Shown here: positions 44,671 to 55,042 of the stretch, one piece after another
How positions within the stretch are numbered: position 1 is the first letter of the stretch
Layout of the letters: each line of letters opens with the position of its first letter
IMG/VR virus record: IMGVR_UViG_3300043414_000372
Span: 96,001-160,000 of that record
Length of the DNA stretch: 64,000 nucleotides
Strand: one strand, 5' to 3'
From: a virus
Lineage: Duplodnaviria; Caudoviricetes
Translations under genes and position numbers: made by a program
The notes under the pieces: generated by a model
Seen by the model: the letters and a program-made list of their open reading frames with translations, nothing else
Told to the model about the DNA's origin: nothing
Database searches by the model: none

Positions 44671-45805
44671 AAACGACCGCGAATTTGAAATACATTTAAA
44701 AAAGAAAATCATAGATGATCCTATTATAGGCAGGCTTATTTATGAAGAATATGATTCCTCTGAATCCTGTAACTTTGACAAAAATGAAAATGTGTGTGAT
44801 TTGCCATTCAATGATATTGAGGTTCAAGCTGATGGTAGAGTATATACTTGCTGCCCAGGATGGAACCCTGCTTCAATTGGTAATTTATTAGAAGATGATT
44901 TAAAGTCTATCTGGAATAGTGCCAAGGCAACTGCGGTTAGAGATTCAATGACAGATGGATCCTATAAGTATTGTAACGCAAAAACATGCCCAGCAATGAT
45001 AGCCGGGGGAGGAGATAGAATCATACCCAAATCAAACTTTGTGGATCCTAAAAATAGGTTTCCAAAAAACATAGCATTCTCAGTTGACAATACTTGTAAC
45101 TTAATCTGCCCTAGCTGTAGAACACATAAGATTATTACACTTGAGAACGATGCTCATAACCGTGCTTTAAAAATACTAAGAACCGCCTTCAGATCGGTAT
45201 TCAATGAGCCACACGACCAGCAAATAATATTTACATTTGACGGGGTAGGAGAAATATTCTTTAGCCCAGTTTACAGAGAGATATTTGAAACAGAAGAAGT
45301 GTTTAAAACTCCTGAGAAATGGCCCAACTTCAAAACAGTTTTATGTACCAATGGAACCATGATGACTGAGAAAATACAAAACAAGTATCATGTTTTGTTT
45401 GAACGAGCATTGGGTATTAGATTAAGTATCGATGCCGGAAATAAAGATAGTTATGAAAAAGTAAGATGCGGCGGTGATTGGGATTTATTGTGGGAAAATA
45501 TAGATTATCTGTATCAACAAACATTAAAAAACACAGATACTAAAAGTTGGGCATGGAATGTTATTTTACAGGAAGATAACTACGAATCTATACCGGATTT
45601 AGTTAAATTAGCATATCAATATCCTGATAACTTACCTGATATCTACATAGTCAATATGTTAAATTGGGGAACTTACTCACAGGAAGAATTTGATAAGAAA
45701 GCAGTTTGGTTTAAAAATTCACCAAACTATAACAGGGCAAAAGAGATTCTATCATTGCCTGAGGTAATAAACTACCCAAAAATGTTTAGACCAATATTAG
45801 ATTAG
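44663..45805 (+). CDS. N-terminal twitch/SPASM radical SAM protein
   Basis: CDLP...TCC...CNAKTC then CNLICPSC, GVGE, SIDAG. Confidence 0.85.
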   Translation: MLKNDREFEIHLKKKIIDDPIIGRLIYEEYDSSESCNFDKNENVCDLPFNDIEVQADGRVYTCCPGWNPASIGNLLEDDLKSIWNSAKATAVRDSMTDGSYKYCNAKTCPAMIAGGGDRIIPKSNFVDPKNRFPKNIAFSVDNTCNLICPSCRTHKIITLENDAHNRALKILRTAFRSVFNEPHDQQIIFTFDGVGEIFFSPVYREIFETEEVFKTPEKWPNFKTVLCTNGTMMTEKIQNKYHVLFERALGIRLSIDAGNKDSYEKVRCGGDWDLLWENIDYLYQQTLKNTDTKSWAWNVILQEDNYESIPDLVKLAYQYPDNLPDIYIVNMLNWGTYSQEEFDKKAVWFKNSPNYNRAKEILSLPEVINYPKMFRPILD

Positions 45806-45812
45806 GAAAAAT

Positions 45813-46517
45813 ATGAAAACAACTATAGTTAATAACTTTCTATCCACTGATGAAATTAAAGTGATAGAACGCTTGTTTAGAGAAAATGATGACTTATTAA
45901 TCTACAAAGAAAAAGAAGGTATTAGATTAGGTAATAATAATTTACATCCTAATACAACACATGGGATGAAGTCAACGTACTGGTATCCCGGCCCGTCAAC
46001 TTGCGGAGAGATTCGCAGTATACTTGACCCAAAAATAAAAAATATATTTGGTAATGATATTGAATGCCCAGACTGGCATATTTTAAATTCATATAGGCCA
46101 TATCCTATACATTCAGATTCACTAGACGATGAAAATATTGAAAATACCTCAGTTCCAGCTGGCACAGATTATGCCTGGACATTGTTAATTCCATTGGATA
46201 ACTATGATTCCAATACTATAGTTTTTAATGAAGAATCATACAATACAAAACTCACTAGAACCTGGATCGAAAGGAATAACAAATTACCGCAATATGCTAT
46301 CGATGATGATACTTATAACAAATATTTTACACACAATAACAGAGATATAGTTGACCATTTTTCAATTGATACAATATTTCCATGGGAAAAAGGTAATTTA
46401 TTAGCAATGTCTAGGCATAGATTTCATTGTAGCGATGATTTTTATTCGCACGGATTAGTAGAAAAAAGGGCATTGGTGTGCTGGACCTATAGAACAACAG
46501 GTGACAAGCCATGTTAA
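45813..46517 (+). CDS. 2OG-Fe(II) oxygenase-fold protein, paralog of 41514-42173
   Basis: IHSD, LLIPL, WEKG, FHCS, KRALV. Confidence 0.65.
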   Translation: MKTTIVNNFLSTDEIKVIERLFRENDDLLIYKEKEGIRLGNNNLHPNTTHGMKSTYWYPGPSTCGEIRSILDPKIKNIFGNDIECPDWHILNSYRPYPIHSDSLDDENIENTSVPAGTDYAWTLLIPLDNYDSNTIVFNEESYNTKLTRTWIERNNKLPQYAIDDDTYNKYFTHNNRDIVDHFSIDTIFPWEKGNLLAMSRHRFHCSDDFYSHGLVEKRALVCWTYRTTGDKPC

Positions 46518-47251
46518 CCCTAGGCATTTTTGGGGATAGCTATAGTGACCCTATTAGACACGGACATGATAACTTCAGAGAGTTAGATGAATTAGGCTGG
46601 CCCAATTTATTAAAACGTAAATATGATGTTGGTTTACACGGCAAGAATTCTTCTTCTATATTTTATAGTTATCAAAAATTCTTAGAACATCATTTAAAAT
46701 ATGATAAAATTGTTTTTGTAGTTACTGATCCATTGCGATGGATTAAAGGTTATAATATGTTAGGAGATGAAAAGCATTTTAATAATTATTGGACTGCTGA
46801 TAGTTATTTAAAATCCAATAAAGAACATTTATCATTAGAACAGGTTGATTTAATTGAAGCAATAAAAAGTTATTATTTACATATGGTCGATGATATTAGC
46901 TGCCAATTATTGGCAAACTTGATGATAAATCATATAAAAGAAATTAGACCGGATGTGATACTAATACCTATATCAAGAGGATTAGTTATTGATGCAGTTG
47001 GGTTTTGGGACTACATTAATCTATTTAATAAGATGTTAGGGGTAAGCCAATTCAATACTGAAACTCATTATGAGTATAGATTAGCATGTCATCTATCAAA
47101 AGAAATGAATGAATTAGTAGCAAAGCATGTCGATCAAGCATTAGAAATTGGAGCATGGAACCCGGTATTACCAAACTTTGTTAAACATGAATTTACAAAT
47201 AAGGATTATTACTATCAACACAGTTCAACACGGGGCACATGGGGCAAATAA
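46511..47251 (+). CDS. SGNH/GDSL-like protein
   Basis: FGDSYS block I; late ..CH motif. Confidence 0.55.
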   Translation: MLTLGIFGDSYSDPIRHGHDNFRELDELGWPNLLKRKYDVGLHGKNSSSIFYSYQKFLEHHLKYDKIVFVVTDPLRWIKGYNMLGDEKHFNNYWTADSYLKSNKEHLSLEQVDLIEAIKSYYLHMVDDISCQLLANLMINHIKEIRPDVILIPISRGLVIDAVGFWDYINLFNKMLGVSQFNTETHYEYRLACHLSKEMNELVAKHVDQALEIGAWNPVLPNFVKHEFTNKDYYYQHSSTRGTWGK

Positions 47252-47274
47252 ACTAATCTCGGTAGTTCAGCAAC

Positions 47275-47282
47275 TATAAATA
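47275..47282 (+). promoter_or_regulatory. T4-type late promoter
   Basis: Exact TATAAATA 23 nt before start codon. Confidence 0.75.
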
Positions 47283-47305
47283 CTCAATCAAATAGAAAGA
47301 TTATA

Positions 47306-49864
47306 ATGTTAGATAAAGATACCTGGATAGCACAAAATTTAATTCCCAAAAATACAACAACAATAGTAAGAAAACCTAGGTTTAACGTTAAGTCGGTTGA
47401 CGTATTCAACGCTACACGAAAAACAAAATTTACGTTATGTGTTTTGGGTAGCTGGGCTATCTATATGCCTCCTTACAATATTGCTAGATTGTCTAGTCTC
47501 ATCAGAGAAGCAGGGTATCTTACCAAAGTATATGACTTCAACGTTGAATCACATTACGCATTAAAAGAAGCAAACCCTGATTTAGAAGATGCTTGGAATG
47601 GTGCTAACTATTGGTGGTGGCAATCACACGAATACTTCAAACGTGTTCACCCAACTTACGAACCTATATTAAAAGAATACCTACAAGTATTACTAAATGA
47701 CAATCCTGATATTATTGGATTCAGTTGCTATTACACAAACATCATGGCTACTAGATGGATGATCAAAGAAATCAAAAAAGTCAGACCAGATATCACTATC
47801 GTACTTGGTGGACCTGAATGCCACGAAGGGTATTTTAAAATGCCATCACTAGTGGATTACTACTTCATTGGTGAGAGTGAACAAAACATATTAGACTTCC
47901 TAGACAATTGGGAACAGGGTATTAAGCCAGATCAACCTGCAATCGGTGGATTGTATAGTGATGTTAGAATTGATATTGATAGCTTACCATACCCCGATTA
48001 TTCTGACTTTGACTTATCAAAGTATTGGGGCAAGGATTCTATCTGTGCTGAAATTAGTCGTGGATGTGTAGCTAAATGTAGTTACTGTACTGAGGTGTAT
48101 TACTGGAAATTCAGAGACCGGGGCGCTACTACAGTTGTAGATGAATTAGAGTATCAAGTTAAAAAATACAATATTGGATTTGTATCTTTTGTTGATAGTT
48201 TGATGAATGGTAACTTAAAAGAGTTTAGAAAATTCTGTGACGAACTAATTAAGCGAGATTTAAAAATTAACTGGTGGGGATATGCTAGGGCCGATGGTAG
48301 AATGGATTTAGATTTTTATAAAGCAATGGCAGCAGCGGGCGCACAAGGATTCAACTATGGTATTGAATCTGGCAGTGACAAAGTATTGTTAGCTGTAAAT
48401 AAAAAGAATACTGTAGCAGAAATTAATCAAAACTTAATTGACTCTGCTAAAGTTGGAATGAAAGTTTCTGCTTGTTGGGTTATAGGTGCTCCGGGTGAAG
48501 ATATCCAAGCATTCAATCATAGCTTCAATATGCTTTGGAATCATAGAGCAAGAATTATTGCTGTTAGCCCAGGCATTGGATTGGGTGACAATTACGGTTC
48601 AGCATATGATGATAGAGAGAAATACAATATCAATCCAAGAAACAAACCATGGCTTGGTGGATGGTATACACTTGATTTAACTAATACAAAACTACATAGA
48701 TTCATTCGTGTTAAATTAATGCACATTTGGTTAAAACTATGTAAAGATTATGGCGGAACACTATCCAACGTTCATGCCGCACAAGGTGATATTACCGATC
48801 ACTATCAATTGACATTTGATTCTGAATTCATCAGAGAACATGTAGACTATGAAGATTTTGACTATTCAATAATCAAATCCGGACACGGAGAGTTTGCCGA
48901 TAGCGTAATGAATGAAGTATTTGGGTTTTTGAGAATGATGTGGAGAGCCAGAGGTGGGTTTGAAATAACAATAAACTTCAATGAGGATTTAGATCACCGC
49001 GATTTCATATCAGCTATCGTTCCTGACACCCATAGTTATACTTCTACACATTGGTTTAAAATAGATGATGATGGTAATTATTCTACAAAGAATTCTTATA
49101 AATTTAGAAACGCATTTAGAGATGTGATTTCTATGGAAGGATTTGAGTATGAACATGAAGCTACTGGTCAATGGGTAGAAGCTAAAAAGTCATTGATTAA
49201 AAGAATATTTTATATCCAAGCTACTCCGGAAGAAAAATTATTACTACCAATTGAGTCTTGCTTCTCATCTATGTCAATTCAAGAACGACAACTATTACTT
49301 AAGGTGGCAAACAAACTAGATAAAGAAAGTCGTATATTAGAATTAGGTGCGTCACTGGGCGGACGTGCTAGTATCTTAGCAGCAGGTGACAAAAAACATT
49401 TGGTACATAGTGTAGAGTTATTTACGGATAATAGACCAAAAAATGATTTTGATTCTATGCAGGCTTGGATACGTGAGCAAATTGTAGATACTTGTTTACA
49501 GCTTGGAGTAAGCAGAAACGAAGGCGTCGAATTATTAGAAGCACTAAAGAAAGACTTTGAAGTTGATGCCACTGGTCAAACTGCTTACAATCGCATAATA
49601 ACAAAATATCCTAATATTGTATATGTGAATAATCTTGATAATTGGCAAATGCCATTGGATTTGTGCTTAGTAAAGACAGACCAAAATTTTGATTTATATA
49701 CTAACCTAGATTCAATACTTTCTACAGTAAAAGAAAACGGCTACGTTATAGCGCAGCCGTTTAATGATAATGAAGCATCAACTAAAGTTAGAAACTTAAT
49801 TGATAATGGATGGAAAGTAGTTGAAACTGTAGATACAATGGTTTTAATTCAAAAATCAAATTGA
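47306..49864 (+). CDS. B12-binding (class B) radical SAM protein fused to C-terminal methyltransferase-like domain
   Basis: PDIIGFS, VLGGPE, SRGCVAKCSYC, GIESGS; C-terminal ILELGASLGG. Confidence 0.87.
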   Translation: MLDKDTWIAQNLIPKNTTTIVRKPRFNVKSVDVFNATRKTKFTLCVLGSWAIYMPPYNIARLSSLIREAGYLTKVYDFNVESHYALKEANPDLEDAWNGANYWWWQSHEYFKRVHPTYEPILKEYLQVLLNDNPDIIGFSCYYTNIMATRWMIKEIKKVRPDITIVLGGPECHEGYFKMPSLVDYYFIGESEQNILDFLDNWEQGIKPDQPAIGGLYSDVRIDIDSLPYPDYSDFDLSKYWGKDSICAEISRGCVAKCSYCTEVYYWKFRDRGATTVVDELEYQVKKYNIGFVSFVDSLMNGNLKEFRKFCDELIKRDLKINWWGYARADGRMDLDFYKAMAAAGAQGFNYGIESGSDKVLLAVNKKNTVAEINQNLIDSAKVGMKVSACWVIGAPGEDIQAFNHSFNMLWNHRARIIAVSPGIGLGDNYGSAYDDREKYNINPRNKPWLGGWYTLDLTNTKLHRFIRVKLMHIWLKLCKDYGGTLSNVHAAQGDITDHYQLTFDSEFIREHVDYEDFDYSIIKSGHGEFADSVMNEVFGFLRMMWRARGGFEITINFNEDLDHRDFISAIVPDTHSYTSTHWFKIDDDGNYSTKNSYKFRNAFRDVISMEGFEYEHEATGQWVEAKKSLIKRIFYIQATPEEKLLLPIESCFSSMSIQERQLLLKVANKLDKESRILELGASLGGRASILAAGDKKHLVHSVELFTDNRPKNDFDSMQAWIREQIVDTCLQLGVSRNEGVELLEALKKDFEVDATGQTAYNRIITKYPNIVYVNNLDNWQMPLDLCLVKTDQNFDLYTNLDSILSTVKENGYVIAQPFNDNEASTKVRNLIDNGWKVVETVDTMVLIQKSN

Positions 49865-50686
49865 GATAGCTATTTGAGCAGCAACTGTTTTGGAAAACTT
49901 TATAACAGTTTCTAAATTAGGATGGGTATTTACTTCGGATATAGTATGTACAGGTTTTATTATATATGATTTCCAATAATTTTCTATCCAAGGAAAATCA
50001 TCCTTTTCAAAAGATATCCAATCTTTTTTGTCAAATAATAATTCATGTTTAAACGGATTAACTTTATTAAAAATTGGCTTAGATAATATATCAAGCACAG
50101 TAGACGGTATTTCTATCATTGTGTTACAAAAAGTATAGGTCACCCCATTAGCTTTTAGATAACTCTGCAAAGCAATAACATTGTGAAAATATTCAAGTGT
50201 GTGATCCATATCAGTGCCATTTATCAAAACTTCTTTTATATAATTTGAAAAATAAGTATAATTTGAAGCATCTAGATGATGGGTATTTAAATTAGAAAAT
50301 TGAGAAAATTCAGCATTCCAGCAGACTTTTCTGGCAAGACTGGTCCAGCCCACAAATACATGATAGTTTTTTCTTTCTTCAAGAGTCAACTCACTAAGAA
50401 AACTTATAGTTGATATGCATATATTTTGATTACTATTACCATCAAGTGAAATATCTTTTACTTCTAATCCGGTTAATTTACCCACTTGCCCGGACAAATT
50501 ATCATGTGATCTTAAATTTTCAGTATAATTATTCAGAAGCACTCGCAATTGATCCATATTATAGTCCGCATGCGGTTTATTTAAATATAAATTTTCCCAC
50601 CAATCAATGTCCGGATTATGTTTATCCCAGGTAATGGCATCACCAGCAGTCATACTACAACCATTAAACAATAACTTTTTACTCAT
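49856..50686 (-). CDS. SGNH-like protein (DUF6071-like)
   Basis: FNGCSMTAG, GNSN, HPN near C-terminus. Confidence 0.6.
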   Translation of the reverse strand: MSKKLLFNGCSMTAGDAITWDKHNPDIDWWENLYLNKPHADYNMDQLRVLLNNYTENLRSHDNLSGQVGKLTGLEVKDISLDGNSNQNICISTISFLSELTLEERKNYHVFVGWTSLARKVCWNAEFSQFSNLNTHHLDASNYTYFSNYIKEVLINGTDMDHTLEYFHNVIALQSYLKANGVTYTFCNTMIEIPSTVLDILSKPIFNKVNPFKHELLFDKKDWISFEKDDFPWIENYWKSYIIKPVHTISEVNTHPNLETVIKFSKTVAAQIAISI

Positions 50687-51831
50687 TTTACTTCTTCCAT
50701 CATAAACACTTTCTTTTGATCTTTCTCTCTAGTAGTTTGTTTATTATACCAATTGCGAATCTGTTTATTTACAAAATGATCTAGCTTTTCCCAATTGCCA
50801 TACGCTACATAATTATCTGTATTTATAGGTTTTAGTTCATCAACTTGTGGCTCTAATGTTTGTAATATTACACTAATATCTGAACTAGGTAATTTCCATA
50901 TACTAAGATGCTCTGGATGATGTATAGTGTTATACCATAAGTGTACTTTATTCTCAATAGTAAACTTCACAAAGTTGGGCATTTCCCACCAGTTGTTATT
51001 CATAGGGTTAACCATGACACTAAGCCCACGATTGTTATCGTGACAATAGTTTTTAAATGTTTGAAAATTTTCCATCAATTCATCAAAGTCACCATTGATT
51101 CGTATTGATTCATAATTATCTTTGTCCAAACTATCAATACTAATGTTTAAATGAATATTACATTTGTCTAATATAGCACGAACTTGCTTGTTATAAACTG
51201 TGCCATTTGTTGCTATATTGATTCTAAGAGTAGGATTCAATTCAGCTACTAACATACAGATATCATATACAATCTTTTGAGCAAATGGTTCACCACCATT
51301 AAATCTAAGTTCTTCTAAGTGAGGAATAAATTCTTTCAGTTGTTCAATAAAAGAATCATCATATACCATTGGCATAGGTGGAAGATTATCTCTGTTCTTT
51401 CTGATACCGGAACTCAATCTACCTTCACACATGATACACTCAAGGTTACATTGATTGCTTAACTCTAATTCAAGTAGTGTTGGATATTCTTTAACAGTAA
51501 ACCCATCATATGCCATGGCTAATGGCCATGTATCCGCTTCAATCTTTTGTTTACAAACTCTACATTCACTATTAAATAGACCTTCTTTAAGATTGTTTCT
51601 ATACTCTGTAAACTTCTCACCAAACCAAATGTCTTTGATTGACCGAGTAGGGCTCCATTTTTCTAGTTTACCTACTAGTAACCAGCAGGGAGCAACATGT
51701 CCTTCTGTGGTAAAATACATATTGTTGTATGGAGCAACACAGGGACTTATTGTATTGATTTCTCTACCTTGGTCAAATTGTTTTCGCTTGTTGTTGTATG
51801 CTTCAATTTCTTCTCTCGTTAACTTATTCAT
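50683..51831 (-). CDS. N-terminal twitch-domain radical SAM protein
   Basis: CVAP...APC...CRVC then CNLECIMC, GGEPF, SIDS. Confidence 0.88.
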   Translation of the reverse strand: MNKLTREEIEAYNNKRKQFDQGREINTISPCVAPYNNMYFTTEGHVAPCWLLVGKLEKWSPTRSIKDIWFGEKFTEYRNNLKEGLFNSECRVCKQKIEADTWPLAMAYDGFTVKEYPTLLELELSNQCNLECIMCEGRLSSGIRKNRDNLPPMPMVYDDSFIEQLKEFIPHLEELRFNGGEPFAQKIVYDICMLVAELNPTLRINIATNGTVYNKQVRAILDKCNIHLNISIDSLDKDNYESIRINGDFDELMENFQTFKNYCHDNNRGLSVMVNPMNNNWWEMPNFVKFTIENKVHLWYNTIHHPEHLSIWKLPSSDISVILQTLEPQVDELKPINTDNYVAYGNWEKLDHFVNKQIRNWYNKQTTREKDQKKVFMMEEVK

Positions 51832-52996
51832 TAGAATACTCCATTATTAGTTTTCCCCATTCCCCGAAGGTTGGCTCAAATCTTTGCTGTCTAAACTCAT
51901 CTAGTTCATTGTTCTTACTAATAAACTCTTTGATAAGATTGTCATTTTCACGTTCCAAATGTAAGAAGTTTTTAACTACTTTGAATTCGGGCGCTGTTAA
52001 TCTTGCTGATACTATTTCTTTTAACTTGTCTGGTAAGTTCTTTACACTATGACTAGGAGGATAGTGTAGTATATTGAAATACGTAAATATGTTCAATGGC
52101 TTAGACCAGTTTAAGTAGTCAGACAAATAGTATACATTAAAGTTACTTACTGTCGGACATAGTGTCAAAAATAAATTTTTATGGTTGCTACGCAGTTCCA
52201 AAAACTTTTTAATATTATCTTGTATCTCGGCCCACTCAGTTGGGTAACGTTCGTATTCTAATCTATCACCCAAATCATCTACTGATAAGCACAATGTTAC
52301 CTCTTTGAATTGAACGATGAGGTCTAAGAATTTCTTATTATACAATGTAGCATTTGTGTTTAGTAATATAGTAATCTCTTTGGATCTGCCAGAGTTAATC
52401 AATAACTCTAAAATTTTCATATTTTCAGGAGATGCCATTGGCTCGCCGCCAGTTATCTCCAGGTGTACTAAATCTTTAGCCCAAAGATTGATAACAGATT
52501 CGTTAGCTGTACCCAATATCTTATTAGATAACCAGTAACTGCCATCTTCTACTTTGACATTAAATCGTTCCTGATATTCTTTTAAGAATGTTGAACTGGC
52601 TTGCGGGCCGCATATTCTACATTTTAAATTACATACATTGTTCAATTTCAAATCAAATGCTCTGGGTCCGCTAGCGGCTATGGGAGTAAACTCCATATCT
52701 AATGGAATCTTTTTGTCTATAGCAAACTGTACTCTAAAACTTTTTACGCCTGCTGCTTCTTCATCCCAGCAGCTTTGACATTCTTTAGGTTTTTTGCCAT
52801 CTAAGAATGCTTGTCTTAAATTTTGAAAGCGAACATCATTCCACAATACATCAAGTGTACCTTGTTTCATATTTGGAAGTTGATATTCATTCGTAGGTTC
52901 TGGCTGAGCAAATTTACAGCAAGGACGCAATGACCCATTAACATCTGTTGACAGGTTAATCCAGGGCAAAGCACAAAATGTTTCAGGTAATTTCAT
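51824..52996 (-). CDS. N-terminal twitch-domain radical SAM protein
   Basis: FCALPW...RPCC...CQSCW then CNLKCRIC, GGEP, LSVDD. Confidence 0.9.
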   Translation of the reverse strand: MKLPETFCALPWINLSTDVNGSLRPCCKFAQPEPTNEYQLPNMKQGTLDVLWNDVRFQNLRQAFLDGKKPKECQSCWDEEAAGVKSFRVQFAIDKKIPLDMEFTPIAASGPRAFDLKLNNVCNLKCRICGPQASSTFLKEYQERFNVKVEDGSYWLSNKILGTANESVINLWAKDLVHLEITGGEPMASPENMKILELLINSGRSKEITILLNTNATLYNKKFLDLIVQFKEVTLCLSVDDLGDRLEYERYPTEWAEIQDNIKKFLELRSNHKNLFLTLCPTVSNFNVYYLSDYLNWSKPLNIFTYFNILHYPPSHSVKNLPDKLKEIVSARLTAPEFKVVKNFLHLERENDNLIKEFISKNNELDEFRQQRFEPTFGEWGKLIMEYSNE

Positions 52997-53648
52997 AATA
53001 ACTCTTTAATTCTTCTTCAGTAGGTTTTATAAATTTAGTAATATCAAAATCAAAAGATTTACCCATAAGCCAATCGTTTATTAGTGAAGCAAAAATATAA
53101 TTGTTTTGATTGCTCATATGACAAAATCTATGATCTGGTCTATACATCTTGCCATTATCTTCCAGATTCCTTAATTTGTTTAAGGTTTTTTCAATGTCAA
53201 CATATAGTACATTAGGTTCAGCTAATTGTTTAATATGCATCTCCATTAACTCTTTCATATCATCATGTTCTTGAGTGTTATGTACAAATAGATAATAATT
53301 TTTTATTAAATCAACTATTTCCGATTTGATGCCCGATAGTGCTGCTACATCAGGTAATGTAAAGTGTGATATTATGTGCTGTGGCCCATTAGCTATCGTC
53401 ATATTAGGACAATATTTTCTATCAGCATATGTTCCAAGAAAAATAATTTTATCAAAATTTTTATAATTTTCTTTAAATGTACTGTAAGAATAATACATAC
53501 TAGATGCGGACACTCCAAAATTTGTCACATCATAGTTGAAATCTTCACTTAATATTTGCATCCATGATTTGCCATTTTTATTGTATATAGGGTACCCTTC
53601 ATTAGATTTTACGTAGGCAAAACTGCACCCAAATGTTGCCACTTTCAT
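52983..53648 (-). CDS. SGNH-like protein
   Basis: FGCSFA, NFGVSASS, RFCH. Confidence 0.55.
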   Translation of the reverse strand: MKVATFGCSFAYVKSNEGYPIYNKNGKSWMQILSEDFNYDVTNFGVSASSMYYSYSTFKENYKNFDKIIFLGTYADRKYCPNMTIANGPQHIISHFTLPDVAALSGIKSEIVDLIKNYYLFVHNTQEHDDMKELMEMHIKQLAEPNVLYVDIEKTLNKLRNLEDNGKMYRPDHRFCHMSNQNNYIFASLINDWLMGKSFDFDITKFIKPTEEELKSYYEIT

Positions 53649-55042
53649 TTGTAGCCCTTCAATAGTTCGTATAGTTCAGGGAAAGTTTCGCTAAACGAAT
53701 CTTTTCTAAACTCATCATGTATTTTGGTCTTGTGGAAGAATGTCTTTAATAACTCAGAATCACATTCTGAACCATACATAAAGTTAGTAATGTTGTCAAT
53801 CGTAGGAGAATATGGATCTAACAAGTTTCCAAAATCAATAGCCAATAGTTTTTCTTTTATTACATCTTTAACAGCAGTAGGCAAATTAACAATAGAATAG
53901 TGATGTGGGTAATGAACCATGTTGAATAATATAGGGATACCCAACGGTTTCATACGTTCTACAAACTCTTTCAAATACAATACATTTAAAATACCCACTG
54001 TTACATATAGACGCAATGGCATATTTACATTATGCTTGATTGCCAACTCTTTGTACTTCTGTATGTTATCCAATGACTCATTCCAAATAGCGTTGTATCG
54101 TTGATATTCAAATCTTTTCTCAATGTCATCAATACTAAAGTTAATGTAAACTTCTTTGAAGGGTTGCCATATTTTAAATAATTCTTCTTTACAAATGGTA
54201 GTATTAGTATTGTAATACAATCCAGTAGTAGACGGGTTGCCATGTTCGACCATGATTTTTAAGATATCATCATGCTCTTGTTGCATCAAAGGTTCGCCAC
54301 CATAGAATTCCATGAAGTCAATAGTTTTTGCCCATGTCTTTAATATTTCTTCGTTCTCAGGATTAGCAGAAAACTTTTCTCTGGAATTACTAACAAAAGT
54401 TAAATGCTCACCCATGTCATTAACTTCCAATATCTTAATTTCGTTAATCCATTGGCTACTCAAAAACGGAGTACATATTCTACACTTCAAATTACATAGA
54501 TTGCTAAGTTTCAAATCTAATGTCTTTGGATATAATCTTGGTATATGATGATAGAAAGTAGCGTGTGGATGTTCTTTGCCGCCTTGCTCTCTAACCAATC
54601 TCATGCTTTTCATTCCAGCAGCTTCCTCATCCCAGCATGCTTTACATCCAGTAGGTCTTTCATTTCTAAGAAACTGATCTCTCAATGATTGAAATTCATC
54701 CTGATTCCACAAATCATCAAGGTTAACATCTGGTAATTTAGGAACATCTTTTTGCCAATTAGGATCTCCTACTTTATACTTACAGCAAGGTCTTGCTCTA
54801 CCATCTGGATCTAATTGAAAGTGAGTAAATGGATACAGACAGAAATTATCAGGTACCTGATCTCTTAAGATGTCAGTATATTCTTGGTCTGTATATTTGT
54901 TAACTGCTTTGGGCTTTGTTTTCTTGATTATATCAACCAATTGCAAGTCATAATTATTGTCTAAATATTCAGACGTATACCAAACAGCAGAACCCGCCCC
55001 ATCGTCATTTTGAAATATAGGTATAAACGTTTTCTTGTCCAT
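53645..55042 (-). CDS. N-terminal twitch-domain radical SAM protein
   Basis: FCLYPF...RPCC...CKACW then CNLKCRIC, GGEP, FSIDD. Confidence 0.9.
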   Translation of the reverse strand: MDKKTFIPIFQNDDGAGSAVWYTSEYLDNNYDLQLVDIIKKTKPKAVNKYTDQEYTDILRDQVPDNFCLYPFTHFQLDPDGRARPCCKYKVGDPNWQKDVPKLPDVNLDDLWNQDEFQSLRDQFLRNERPTGCKACWDEEAAGMKSMRLVREQGGKEHPHATFYHHIPRLYPKTLDLKLSNLCNLKCRICTPFLSSQWINEIKILEVNDMGEHLTFVSNSREKFSANPENEEILKTWAKTIDFMEFYGGEPLMQQEHDDILKIMVEHGNPSTTGLYYNTNTTICKEELFKIWQPFKEVYINFSIDDIEKRFEYQRYNAIWNESLDNIQKYKELAIKHNVNMPLRLYVTVGILNVLYLKEFVERMKPLGIPILFNMVHYPHHYSIVNLPTAVKDVIKEKLLAIDFGNLLDPYSPTIDNITNFMYGSECDSELLKTFFHKTKIHDEFRKDSFSETFPELYELLKGYK

